This document shows, piece by piece, positions 17,159 through 26,693 of a DNA stretch of 61,639 nt (positions are counted from its first letter, which is position 1; each line of letters begins with the position of its first letter). Source of the DNA: a virus (taxonomy: Duplodnaviria; Caudoviricetes); the IMG/VR virus record IMGVR_UViG_3300045141_000205, positions 1 through 61,639 of that record; one strand, 5' to 3'. The position numbers and the translations under genes are program-made. Below the pieces are notes generated by a model that ran no database searches, was not told the DNA's origin, and worked only from the letters and a program-made list of their open reading frames with translations.

Positions 17159-20100
17159 CTAGACCAGTGTTTTCCACACCGTGCCGTCCCAGACCATCAT
17201 CGGCTGCTCCACCCAGGCTGAGCCGTTCCAGACCTTCACCGGCTTCTTCGTCCACTCATCACCGACCCAGATCTTCGGCTGACCACCGCGTGTGGCTACG
17301 GCCTTCACCGTCAGCGTCGAGTACCCGTACAGGGAGACCCTGGCCTGCTGGACCAGCCTGGCGGCAACGGTGGTCACCGACCTGGAGGCCAGGGTCACCG
17401 TCCCCACCCGCTCCCTGCCTCCCGCCACGAACAGGAACGAGGTCGTCACCAGGGGGACGGCAGAGATCCGGGTCACCATCGGTCCGACCACACTCAGCGT
17501 CGAGGAGGCGGTGAGCGCGAGGTCGGCAGAAAGGACGGCGAACCTGACAGCGGTCACCACGAGCGTGCTCTGGGTGGTCAGGGCGACACCACCCACGGCC
17601 TTCCTGTCCGTGGCGAGTGTCAACGTCGAGGTGCTGGCGAGCGTGACGGCACCAGGGGCGACCCGTACCCCTCCCACCGTCAGCGTCGAGGTGGCCGTCA
17701 TGGACACGGCGCCGGGGGTGGTGCGGACACCACCGGTGCTGATCAGCGTCGAGGTGCTGGTCAGGGCTACCGAGGCGAACCTCGTGACCGTGACAGCGGC
17801 ACCGCTGATCCGGCGCGAGGTGGAGGCGTTCGGGACACCGTCCCACACGCATCCGGGGGTGTCGCCGTCGAAGTAGGGCTCGACGGTCGGGCCGCTGGTG
17901 ACGATCAGCCCGTCGAACCAGGCCTGCTCGCCACCCACGACGCTGCCACCGGCGACGTACGCCCAGCCGATGATGTAGACGTAGTCGGTGCCCGGTGAGA
18001 CCACGAAGGTCTGCGAGATGGTCTGCCAGGAGTTGGCGGGCAGCCCGGTGTACAGATACCCCGACTGGGTGTCGACGGCGCCACCGGCAGCGGTCCTGGA
18101 GACCAGGTTCACCCGGCCCCGCCAGAGCGGCTGGTCGGCCATGATCTGGCAGGAGACGGTGATCGTCTCGCCCGGCGTGGCCCGGATGCGGTATGGGCTG
18201 GTTGATCCTGCTTGGGTCAGCGCCGGGCTACCGATGACGTTCCCCGGCGAACTGTCCCGCAGCGACTTGAACGACCGGGAGCCCGCGAACTTCGTGGTGT
18301 AGTCCCAGGACCCGGTGTAGGCACCGGAGGTGGTGGGGAAGCCGACCGCATCGTTCTCGAACGACGGGTCGAAGGTCCGGTTGGTCGCCAGCGTGGTGAC
18401 GACCCCGACCGACAGGGTGGAGGTGGCCGAGAGGGCCACTGCCGCCTGCTGCGCTGGTCTCTGGACCCCGGTGAGCAAGAGGGTGGAGGTGGCGGTCAGC
18501 GAGACCACGGCCCGCTGGGTGGGGGTCAGCCACTTGACCCGCAGGTAGTTCTCCACCTGCTGCCGGTCGTTGTCGATCAGCCGACGGTTGTAGACCAGGA
18601 CCTCGGCGACCTCGATGTCCATCGTCTCTGCGGAGGTGTTCTCGTAGCCGGAGATGCCCCAGCCGTTGAGCAGACCCTGTCCCGGACCGGGGGTGGTTTG
18701 CCCCATGAGCGCACCGTCGATGTAGAACCTGGTCCCACTCCCCATCGAGTCCGAGTCGGCCTCGTACATCCGCCACGGTCCAGGCGGTGTCCACATCCCC
18801 CAGGACTTCTCCGGACCGTCCACCCAGGCACCGTTGATGTAGGCCGTGTCCTTGCCGCTGGTGTGCATCCCGATCAGCAGGTTCGACGGTGGATACCGAG
18901 CAGTGAATGCTCGACCCACTCCCGGACCGATCCAGCGCACCAGATAGAGCAAGGTCCAGTCGTCCACCGGGTAGGGCCAGGTCGACTTGATCGAGCCCTC
19001 ACTGGTCCTGAACCGGACCAGGTTGAGGGAGTTGAGGGTGTTGACCGAGATCGTCGGAGGTGGGCTGTTGTCGTAGGTGAGCACCGGCCCCGAGCCCTTG
19101 TTCGGCCAGTCGTTGACACTCCCGCCGCCCGGCAGTGTCGAGGCATCCAGCCAGGTCACCAGGCCAGGCAGGATGTCCGGGGCGAAGGCCTGCTCCAGCC
19201 GAGCCGCGTTCACCATCAGCGTCACGGTCGCAACCAGTGGCACCAAGGCCTGCGCCGTCTGGGACCCCGCCAGCGCCAACGTGGACACAGCACCCAGCGA
19301 CACGACGGCGTTCTGGGTCCTGACCGCATCCACAGCCAGCGCGGAGGCAGCCGCCATCGAGACCGAGACCAGACGCAGGCGCTCCCCCGCGAGGCTCAGG
19401 GTCGAGGTCGAGGTCAGGCCGAGGGCCGAGGGCACGATGTTCGCCCCGGCCACTCCGGTGAGGCTCAGGGACGAGGTGACCACCATGGCCACCGACGCCT
19501 GCGGCGCCCGGACCGCACCCGGCGTCAGGATCGAGACGCCGGTCAGCGCCACGGTCACGTCCTGCTGGCGAGTGGCGACCACGGTCAGGGTGGAGACGGC
19601 TGTCAGCGCGGCTGAGCCGCCCTGGGCTCCCCGGACCCCGGCCACCGACAGGATCGAGAGCCCAACGAGCGGGACGGTTGCCTGTGCGGCACGGAGAGGA
19701 GCCGAGACAGCCAGGGTCGAGGTGGCTGTCAGCGCGACGACGGCGGTCTGGGTGACGCCCACCGGCGACACGTTCAGGTTGTCGATGGTCATCGTCGTGG
19801 TCGGCGTGGTGCTCGACCAGAACCCCGCCGACACCTTGACGACCACCGTGTCCGGGTCGAACGCCACCGGCAGGCTGCTGGTAGCCCGTGCGTACAGCAC
19901 CGTCCAGGTCGCTGGCTGCCCGGAGGGGCTGTACTCCCAGTAGGTGGTCCCGGCTGTCTCCCTGAGTTGCAGGAACCGGTGGGTGGAGTTGACGTACGGG
20001 ACGGTGCCGAACGACCCGAGGCCGGTGATGTTGGCGCTGATCTGACCCCCGCTGATGTACCACTGAATCTTGGAGGAGGCGCTGATGTTGTCCAGGATGA

Positions 20101-23100
20101 GCGGGAACGCCTCCCACGAGGTCAGCGCCTGGTTCCCGGCGTCGACGCACTCGATGAAGACCGACGAGTTCCGCAGCATGTACCGGTCGCCGTTGTCCAT
20201 GCCGACGTAGACCGTGGAGTTGACCGCTGGGGTGAACTGCACCCGTCCGCCCGTGAACGTCACCCCGGAGGCCCACGGATACCAGGGCGGCTGCCGCATC
20301 GTGGTGAACGGGTCGGACAGCGTGCTGATCGGGGCCTTGATGACGGCACCAGCGGCAGAGAAGGTCGAAGTGGCGGTCAGGGCCACAGCGGCCTGCTGCC
20401 CCCGGACCACAGCGGAGGTCAGGGTGGAGGTCGCGACCATGGGGATGGCACCGAAGACCGCCCGGTCACCGGTGAGGGCCAGGGTGCTGGTGGCCACCAG
20501 GGAAATCACCGGTAGGGGCTTGAGGAACCCCTCCCACATCGCCGCGTAGGCCGTTCCCCCCGAGGACACCCCGCTGTAGGTGACCGAGCCGGTGCTCGCC
20601 GGGATGTCGGTGTCGGCGATGATGCCGACGATGTTGGCGGGGGTGGCCACGCCCTGGTCGAACGAGGCCCGTGAGGTCAGCGGTGCGGAGACCGAGTAGG
20701 AGGCCGGGGACGCCACCTGCCGGAACACCGAGATGAACACCCCCAGCGCCAGCGGGTCGGTGTTGGTGGTGACGGGAGCCGAGTGGGTGCTGGTGGCACT
20801 GTTGCCCGTCTCGATCTGCCCCGTCTCGGCCACGAACGGCTTGTTCGGGTCCACACCCCGGTAGGCCAGCACGTAGGTCGACCACTGGGAGGCACTGGTC
20901 TGGACGGCGGTGGGCGCGGTCTCCGACGCCGAGGCTGCGACCTTGCCGTAGATCACCAACTCGACGCCTGCCGGGTCGACCTCGATGTCGGTCTGGTCCT
21001 CGATCAGGGTCCAGCCCTGACCGCTCGGCTGGGAGGTCAGCGGGTTGGTCGACGCCTGCCCGCCGTTGTTCTTGAACAGCACCGCCAGCAGGTAGTCGTT
21101 CTTCGCGTAGCCGACAGGCATGCTGAACGTGATGCCAGCCACGTTGCCGGTGGCCCGGCTGGACACGGCCACGAATGACGACGGCAACTGCGCACCACCG
21201 GCGATGGACCCCTTGACCGTCAGGGTGGAGGTCGCCGTCAGTGTCACGGACGCCTGCTGGACCCCCTTGTTGAGGTACTCGATCGCGGCAGACCCGGAGG
21301 CGTTGGGCGTCCCCTGGAACGAGAACTGGTTGCCAGCAGTGCCGACATAGGCGGGAGCCGTGGTGGAGGCGATCGTCTCCCAGGCGCTGCCGACGGCACT
21401 GCGCTCGAAGTAGACGGTCCCGGCAGCCTCACGGAGCGCCAGGTACGGCTTCGCCGGGTCCCATGCGACCGAGAAGTTCAGGGACGGGGTGCCGCCGACG
21501 ATCTGCTGGCAGGTGATGGTGCTGGCGGTGACGTTGAAGGAGAGGTAGTTGTTGGCATCGACCTGGAACCCGCAGAGCAGGCTCCCGGAGGTGAAGGTCT
21601 GGGCGACCCTCCAGAAGACACGGGCTCCGGTCAGCGAGTAGCGGGTGGCGGTGATCCCGGAGGATGCCGAGATGCCGCCGCCCAGGGTGAGCCGGTCGGG
21701 GGTGGCAGTGGCGGGTCCGGCCATCGCCCACTCGTAGGCGGTGAAGTCCTGGGGGATCACGGTGACGCTGGGCACGATCGAGGTGCTCAGGGACTCGATC
21801 CGGGTGAAGCCCTGCGGGGCGCCCAACCCACTCTGGGTGTCGAACTGGAGGTAGTTCGCGACCACCGAGGGGGACCCACTGCCGGAGGTCCAGAACGTCT
21901 CCCAGGCACCAGGCTGACCGCTGACGGACCGCTCGAAGTAGACGACGCCCCCGGACTCCCGGAACGACAGGAACTGCTTGGCCGGGTCCCAGGGGACGGA
22001 GCCAGATGCTGTCCGGTTGGACCCCTTCCAGTAAGCGGCCACCAACCTGGACGGGTTGCCCGTGAGCACCCACTGCACCTGGTCGCTGGTCCCGATCAAG
22101 GACGCCGTGAAGAGGGTGTCCTGGGTCTGGCCAGGGACCGAGGTGACCTGCCAGTACAGCCGGGCGCCGGTCAGGTCGTACTGGCTGAGGGTCAGGTCAT
22201 GCGGGTCGTTCCAGGTGGCGTCCTGCTCGATGAAGGTGGTGCTGTACCTGGAGCCGCTACCGACAGAAGGATGTGACCAGTCCAGGTTGGTGAAGTCCTT
22301 GGGGATCAAGGTGACGCTGGCCATGACCGGGGTGTTCAGGGACTCGATCCGGGTGAACCCCTGCGGGGCGCCGGAGTTGCCCTGGGTCTCGAACCACAGA
22401 ACGCCCGTGTTCACCACAGGGATCGCACTGGTGGAGGTGAAGGACGTGACCCAGGTGCCGGGCTGACCGGTGGCGGAGCGCTCGAAGTAGACGATGCCTC
22501 CGCTCTCCCGGATCGACAGGTAGGGCATGGTCGGGTCCCAGGGCACCGAGGGGCCGTAGGTCCAGACGTTGGCCTTCGCGTAGGAGGGGGTCAACGCGGA
22601 CGGGCCGCCCTGGATCGTCCATTCCAGCCGGTTCGTGTTCAGGGTCTGGGGCGTGCCGAACTGGAAGGAGACGGTGGTGTCCTGGGTCTGGTCGGGGACC
22701 GAGGTGACCTTCCAGAACACCCGGGCACCGGTCAGGTCGTAGGTGCTCTTGGTGTAGTCGTCCGGGATGTCCCAGGTGGCGTCCTGCTCGATGAAGGTGG
22801 TGCTGTACCTGGTCAGGCCCTGGACGGCGTAGTCGTGCGCCCAGTCGCCAGCGGTGAAGTCCTGGGGGATCTCGGTGACGCTGGCTGACTTGACGATCCT
22901 GATCTGCGGCGACGACGGATAGGTCATCCCTGTCGTCGCGCCGTTGCGGAGCACCCGGAACCACAGCAGGGTGTCAGGGGTCAGGTCGGCGGCCTTGAGG
23001 GTCAGCGAGTACAGCAGTTCGGTGCATCCGGACGCCGCCCAGCCGACGTCATCGGCGAGTCCGTCCTTGGAGACCTTGCCCGGGCCGAAGGTGCCGGTGC

Positions 23101-23890
23101 CACCCGTCAGACGACGGGTGGTCGGGGCGGCATCGGTCAGGCTCGGGGAGGCGTAGGGGACGGCGTTGCTCCCACCGGTGGTGTAGACCTCGAAAAGCGA
23201 GTCCTGCGAGGCGTTGGCGTGCCAGGCATAGTCGTAGTAGATGAGGTTTCCGGGGTGGGTGGGCGCCGTGTTGTCGATCCCGAACGAGATCGTGTTGCTG
23301 CCCGGCGTGTTGTTGTTGGTCAGAGCGAGGCAGTAGGGAGTTCCCGAGACCAGCATGTAGGGGTCGAAGTCGAAGTACACCCACCCACGGGTGGTGGGGA
23401 GATTGACGGCCTGCATCAACTGCTTCGACTGCGCCACCTGGTTCTGTGGGGTGCCGGTCGACCCGAACACGTTCTTGTGGGTGTAAAGGACGGCCTGGAG
23501 GTTGCCGACCGGGGTGCCTGTCTTGCTCAGCCAGAACCCGGCCCGGGACAGCGGGGTACCGGTCCCTATGAACGTCTGTCCGTAGTTCGGCAGGTTGGAG
23601 TCCAGGAAGACCGACGCGCTGTAGTTGCTGCTCGGGTAGGTGTCCACCAGCACGGAGGCAGACGAGGGCATGACGTTGATGTACGGGTTCTGGCCCTTTG
23701 CCACCTGCAACTGCCAGTCGTCGGTGGCAGGAACTGCAACCCCAGCCGTCTCCTGGAGCCGGATTCTGAGCCCGAGGCTCACGTCCCCGTTGGTGAGGTC
23801 GACATTCAACACAGCGGACTGGGGACCGAGGGCAGCAGCCCCCGCCTCGGTGCCGTCGGCGTAGAACCCGTATGCCGCCTGAGTAACCAT
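17159..23890 (-). CDS. Giant (2243 aa) multidomain adhesin/minor virion protein
   Basis: Tandem ~185-aa lectin-like repeats, many VxLTATSTL spacer repeats, a LamG-like domain (PGLVTWLDAS), a CBM-like domain and C-terminal KVWNGSAW repeats. Confidence 0.75.
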   Translation of the reverse strand: MVTQAAYGFYADGTEAGAAALGPQSAVLNVDLTNGDVSLGLRIRLQETAGVAVPATDDWQLQVAKGQNPYINVMPSSASVLVDTYPSSNYSASVFLDSNLPNYGQTFIGTGTPLSRAGFWLSKTGTPVGNLQAVLYTHKNVFGSTGTPQNQVAQSKQLMQAVNLPTTRGWVYFDFDPYMLVSGTPYCLALTNNNTPGSNTISFGIDNTAPTHPGNLIYYDYAWHANASQDSLFEVYTTGGSNAVPYASPSLTDAAPTTRRLTGGTGTFGPGKVSKDGLADDVGWAASGCTELLYSLTLKAADLTPDTLLWFRVLRNGATTGMTYPSSPQIRIVKSASVTEIPQDFTAGDWAHDYAVQGLTRYSTTFIEQDATWDIPDDYTKSTYDLTGARVFWKVTSVPDQTQDTTVSFQFGTPQTLNTNRLEWTIQGGPSALTPSYAKANVWTYGPSVPWDPTMPYLSIRESGGIVYFERSATGQPGTWVTSFTSTSAIPVVNTGVLWFETQGNSGAPQGFTRIESLNTPVMASVTLIPKDFTNLDWSHPSVGSGSRYSTTFIEQDATWNDPHDLTLSQYDLTGARLYWQVTSVPGQTQDTLFTASLIGTSDQVQWVLTGNPSRLVAAYWKGSNRTASGSVPWDPAKQFLSFRESGGVVYFERSVSGQPGAWETFWTSGSGSPSVVANYLQFDTQSGLGAPQGFTRIESLSTSIVPSVTVIPQDFTAYEWAMAGPATATPDRLTLGGGISASSGITATRYSLTGARVFWRVAQTFTSGSLLCGFQVDANNYLSFNVTASTITCQQIVGGTPSLNFSVAWDPAKPYLALREAAGTVYFERSAVGSAWETIASTTAPAYVGTAGNQFSFQGTPNASGSAAIEYLNKGVQQASVTLTATSTLTVKGSIAGGAQLPSSFVAVSSRATGNVAGITFSMPVGYAKNDYLLAVLFKNNGGQASTNPLTSQPSGQGWTLIEDQTDIEVDPAGVELVIYGKVAASASETAPTAVQTSASQWSTYVLAYRGVDPNKPFVAETGQIETGNSATSTHSAPVTTNTDPLALGVFISVFRQVASPASYSVSAPLTSRASFDQGVATPANIVGIIADTDIPASTGSVTYSGVSSGGTAYAAMWEGFLKPLPVISLVATSTLALTGDRAVFGAIPMVATSTLTSAVVRGQQAAVALTATSTFSAAGAVIKAPISTLSDPFTTMRQPPWYPWASGVTFTGGRVQFTPAVNSTVYVGMDNGDRYMLRNSSVFIECVDAGNQALTSWEAFPLILDNISASSKIQWYISGGQISANITGLGSFGTVPYVNSTHRFLQLRETAGTTYWEYSPSGQPATWTVLYARATSSLPVAFDPDTVVVKVSAGFWSSTTPTTTMTIDNLNVSPVGVTQTAVVALTATSTLAVSAPLRAAQATVPLVGLSILSVAGVRGAQGGSAALTAVSTLTVVATRQQDVTVALTGVSILTPGAVRAPQASVAMVVTSSLSLTGVAGANIVPSALGLTSTSTLSLAGERLRLVSVSMAAASALAVDAVRTQNAVVSLGAVSTLALAGSQTAQALVPLVATVTLMVNAARLEQAFAPDILPGLVTWLDASTLPGGGSVNDWPNKGSGPVLTYDNSPPPTISVNTLNSLNLVRFRTSEGSIKSTWPYPVDDWTLLYLVRWIGPGVGRAFTARYPPSNLLIGMHTSGKDTAYINGAWVDGPEKSWGMWTPPGPWRMYEADSDSMGSGTRFYIDGALMGQTTPGPGQGLLNGWGISGYENTSAETMDIEVAEVLVYNRRLIDNDRQQVENYLRVKWLTPTQRAVVSLTATSTLLLTGVQRPAQQAAVALSATSTLSVGVVTTLATNRTFDPSFENDAVGFPTTSGAYTGSWDYTTKFAGSRSFKSLRDSSPGNVIGSPALTQAGSTSPYRIRATPGETITVSCQIMADQPLWRGRVNLVSRTAAGGAVDTQSGYLYTGLPANSWQTISQTFVVSPGTDYVYIIGWAYVAGGSVVGGEQAWFDGLIVTSGPTVEPYFDGDTPGCVWDGVPNASTSRRISGAAVTVTRFASVALTSTSTLISTGGVRTTPGAVSMTATSTLTVGGVRVAPGAVTLASTSTLTLATDRKAVGGVALTTQSTLVVTAVRFAVLSADLALTASSTLSVVGPMVTRISAVPLVTTSFLFVAGGRERVGTVTLASRSVTTVAARLVQQARVSLYGYSTLTVKAVATRGGQPKIWVGDEWTKKPVKVWNGSAWVEQPMMVWDGTVWKTLV
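21265..22884 (-). repeat. Three tandem ~555-bp domain duplications within the giant adhesin (approximate bounds)
   Basis: SVTxIPxDFT starts near 22880, 22318 and 21768; identical DNA blocks such as tcctgctcgatgaaggtggtgctgtacctgg at 22221 and 22781. Confidence 0.8.
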
Positions 23891-23916
23891 CAGTCACCCC
23901 TCTCTCGGGGTGGCGG

Positions 23917-24318
23917 TCAGGCCAGTGCGGAGGTGATCGCTCCGGAGGCGAAGGACAGGGTGTCACCGGCAGCCATGCTCTTGGAGGCCGCCAGGCTGCC
24001 GTACTCCATGCGCCGGAAGGAGCCACCGCCCTCCCAGATGTCCACCGAGGTCACCGTCTCCGCACGCGGGTAGTTGGTCACCTGGGCGACGGCGTTGGTG
24101 GCCTGGGACCCGGCAGCCGCAGCACCCCAGGACAGGGTGATCCGACCACCCGTGCCAGCGACGTAGCCGCCACCGGTGCCCACCTCGGTACCGGCTGCGG
24201 TGGCATTGCCGACGGCAGTGTTGATCGACATCTTGCTGCCACCGGTCAGCACGGCAGGAGCGGCCCCACCGTGCATCCAGGTGAGCAACTCGTTGGCCCT
24301 GGTCTGGTCGAGCGCCAT
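23917..24318 (-). CDS. Minor structural protein (small beta-fold)
   Basis: 133 aa; EVGTGGGY...SKSMAAGDTLSFASGAITSAL, a pattern I recognise from proteins preceding phage adhesin genes. Confidence 0.6.
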   Translation of the reverse strand: MALDQTRANELLTWMHGGAAPAVLTGGSKMSINTAVGNATAAGTEVGTGGGYVAGTGGRITLSWGAAAAGSQATNAVAQVTNYPRAETVTSVDIWEGGGSFRRMEYGSLAASKSMAAGDTLSFASGAITSALA

Positions 24319-24319
24319 C

Positions 24320-24646
24320 TCACTTCTCCTTCGTCAGGTGGGCCAGGAGGTCATCGCCCCGCAGGGTCTTGGCGCCCTTGGTCACTTGGTCGCAGGTGCC
24401 GTCCGGGCACCCGGCCTCTCGGCAGCAGTCCATGTGCCGCATGATCGTGCTGCTGTCCTGGATGTGGGTGACCACGGCTTCGATCGTGGCCGCGTCCCCG
24501 GTCCTCTTAGCGCCCTCGATCATCTTGACGGCGATCTCGGAGTCGGTCGACCCATCGCCCACCGCATATGCGAAGACGTGTCGCGGGTCGGTGTCGACCT
24601 TTCCGCACACGTCGCACCCGCGCATCGGGCGTGCCTCGTCTGCCAT
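24320..24646 (-). CDS. Cys/His Zn-binding small protein
   Basis: AGGAGA RBS and ATG at 24646; CDVC...H...HMDCC...C...C. Confidence 0.6.
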   Translation of the reverse strand: MADEARPMRGCDVCGKVDTDPRHVFAYAVGDGSTDSEIAVKMIEGAKRTGDAATIEAVVTHIQDSSTIMRHMDCCREAGCPDGTCDQVTKGAKTLRGDDLLAHLTKEK

Positions 24647-24659
24647 GGCTGTGCTCTCC

Positions 24660-25253
24660 TCAGGTGGTGTCGACCCAGATGTCGTTGGTGTCCGGGTTCG
24701 GGGGTGCTGCGATGCTGACCGTAAACCTGCTGGAGCCCTGGATCGCAGGAACGGTGGAGTAGACCCAGATGTCGTCGGGCATGGGGCCGGAGGGCGCGGC
24801 TGGGCCGACGGTGATCTTGCTGGTGCTCCCGGCCATGGACACCCCGGTGCCAGGCTCCCCGGTGACCACGATCTGGTCGGTGTCGATCCAGATGGCGCCC
24901 TCGTCGGCCACGGTCGGCTCGTACGGCTGCTCGTAGACCTCGACCGCACCCTCCGGTCCTTCCGGCCCCTCGGGTCCTGGTGGACCTCGCAGCCCGCTGT
25001 CGCTCAAGACTAAAAAATCTGCTCCGCCGAGGGAGTCGGTGACCTGGGTGGCCATCTCCTCGTCGAAGATCAAAACATCTGCCTCTTCCTCGACCAGGGT
25101 CAGCAGCAGGTCCCCGTCGAAGACCAGCACCGAGATCACCTGGCGCTCGGTCAGGTACGGCGCCACCGGCTCGTCGATCACCAGCAGGTCTCCGGGCACC
25201 GACCGACTGCCCACCGCCGTGGGGTCGAAGTCGTCGATGATCAGGGTGCTCAT
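24660..25253 (-). CDS. Fibre adaptor with short collagen stretch and three P..xxIWxD motifs
   Basis: GPPGPEGPEG; AIWIDTD, DDIWVYS, NDIWVDTT. Confidence 0.6.
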   Translation of the reverse strand: MSTLIIDDFDPTAVGSRSVPGDLLVIDEPVAPYLTERQVISVLVFDGDLLLTLVEEEADVLIFDEEMATQVTDSLGGADFLVLSDSGLRGPPGPEGPEGPEGAVEVYEQPYEPTVADEGAIWIDTDQIVVTGEPGTGVSMAGSTSKITVGPAAPSGPMPDDIWVYSTVPAIQGSSRFTVSIAAPPNPDTNDIWVDTT

Positions 25254-25702
25254 GGCCCCACCGACGCATCGTCGCGGGTGACGGCGGGCGAGATGTTGGC
25301 GTTGCCCTCCAGCAGCCGGTGCTCGATCTCACCGGGGTCGTAGACCTTGAGGTCGTAGACGCCGTAGGTGATGTCCAGCAGGTCGGTGTCAGCGGCTGAG
25401 AGCAGGATGTCGACCCGCCCGTTGGTGGTGTCGGGGTCAGCGCCCGGGTTGTCGGGGTCGAGCCCGAAGACGATCAGGCCGTTCTCGGTGGTGGCGGTGA
25501 TGATCGCATCGGACTCCACCGACTCCCTGATCTGCATCCGGCCCCTCCAGCCGGTCAGGTCGTAGGGGAGGCCGGGCACCGGCTTGCCGTTGGAGTCCCG
25601 GACGATGTTCCCGCCGATGTCCTTCTGGGGGTGGTACCAGAAGAAGCCACGGCTGAACGTGGCGCCCTGCTCGATGTAGAGATCACGCTTGGCTGCTGTC
25701 AT
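25250..25702 (-). CDS. BppU-N/LtfC-like fibre attachment protein
   Basis: IEQGATF...DLTGWRGRMQIR...GVYDL...RLLEG..ISPAVTR. Confidence 0.65.
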   Translation of the reverse strand: MTAAKRDLYIEQGATFSRGFFWYHPQKDIGGNIVRDSNGKPVPGLPYDLTGWRGRMQIRESVESDAIITATTENGLIVFGLDPDNPGADPDTTNGRVDILLSAADTDLLDITYGVYDLKVYDPGEIEHRLLEGNANISPAVTRDDASVGP

Positions 25703-25727
25703 CGGTACTCACCTCCACCCAGCATCC

Positions 25728-26693
25728 TTAGTACCAACGAGACCAATACCGGGGCCTAGCGGCCACGCTGCCTGCTATGCGCGTCGGCCCGTACCGGCCA
25801 TAGACCCCACCGGAGACCAGCACCGCAGGCCGCCCCAGTCCCATGTTGGCGATCTTGAACGTCTCCAACTGCTTGGCGAGCATTCCCTCCTCGCCGCCGT
25901 TCGGGCCGCCGTAGAGGACCTCCTGCCAGCGCTGCATGTAGTCGCGCCGGTCCAGCCTGGACACAGCCCCGGAGCCCATGAAGTTCGGCTGCTCGACGTA
26001 GGAGCGGACCAGGTGCTTGAGCGACTCCACCCAGGTGGCGGTCTCCAGCAGCGGTCCCCACGACTCGACCGGGAAGGTGCCGCCGCCCTGGCCGTCGTTG
26101 ATGGTGTAGGTCGAGAACGGCTGGGCGGCGGTGTTCAACCGGCCCACCGCGATCTGCATCAACTGGGCCACCCGGCCCCGCCCGAAGTGGGTCTGGAAGT
26201 AGGTCTGGAGGTGCGGGCCTCCGGTGGGGTGGTCGAACAGGTCGGCCACCCTGACCCACACCGAGTCCACGATGTCCTTCATCGCCGGAGCCAGCGAGTC
26301 GTACTCGGGGGCGGACTGCCCGATCATGGCGTAGGTCTGGTACCGCTGGTCCTCGCCGTCGATCTGGTAGGTCCACAGCAGGGTGTAGAGGCCCACCACG
26401 GCGCTCTCAGAGGCGTCCAGGGCCGTCTCGTAGGTGCCGACGGCCACATGGTCCACCTCCCGCGTGAAGACGGTCCTGGGGGCCGTCTTGGAGGCGTCAG
26501 CAGGGTTGGGTGCGTCCTCCTGGACCAGGGAGAGGAAGACTCCCGAGCCGAATACTCCTGGGGTCGTCGGGTCCTCGACCCCCAGGTCCGCGTCCCCGGG
26601 CACCCCGTCCTTGTGGATGACAAGGCCCAGCACATCAGTCGCATATTGCGAGATGTACTGACGCTCGCGGTAGTCGGCGGGGAGCGAGAGCAT
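25728..26693 (-). CDS. Head-to-tail adaptor/neck protein with N-terminal Ig-like domain
   Basis: ATG at 26693 (TGATG overlap); beta-rich N-half and helical C-half ending RLDRRDYMQRW; position-based call. Confidence 0.5.
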   Translation of the reverse strand: MLSLPADYRERQYISQYATDVLGLVIHKDGVPGDADLGVEDPTTPGVFGSGVFLSLVQEDAPNPADASKTAPRTVFTREVDHVAVGTYETALDASESAVVGLYTLLWTYQIDGEDQRYQTYAMIGQSAPEYDSLAPAMKDIVDSVWVRVADLFDHPTGGPHLQTYFQTHFGRGRVAQLMQIAVGRLNTAAQPFSTYTINDGQGGGTFPVESWGPLLETATWVESLKHLVRSYVEQPNFMGSGAVSRLDRRDYMQRWQEVLYGGPNGGEEGMLAKQLETFKIANMGLGRPAVLVSGGVYGRYGPTRIAGSVAARPRYWSRWY

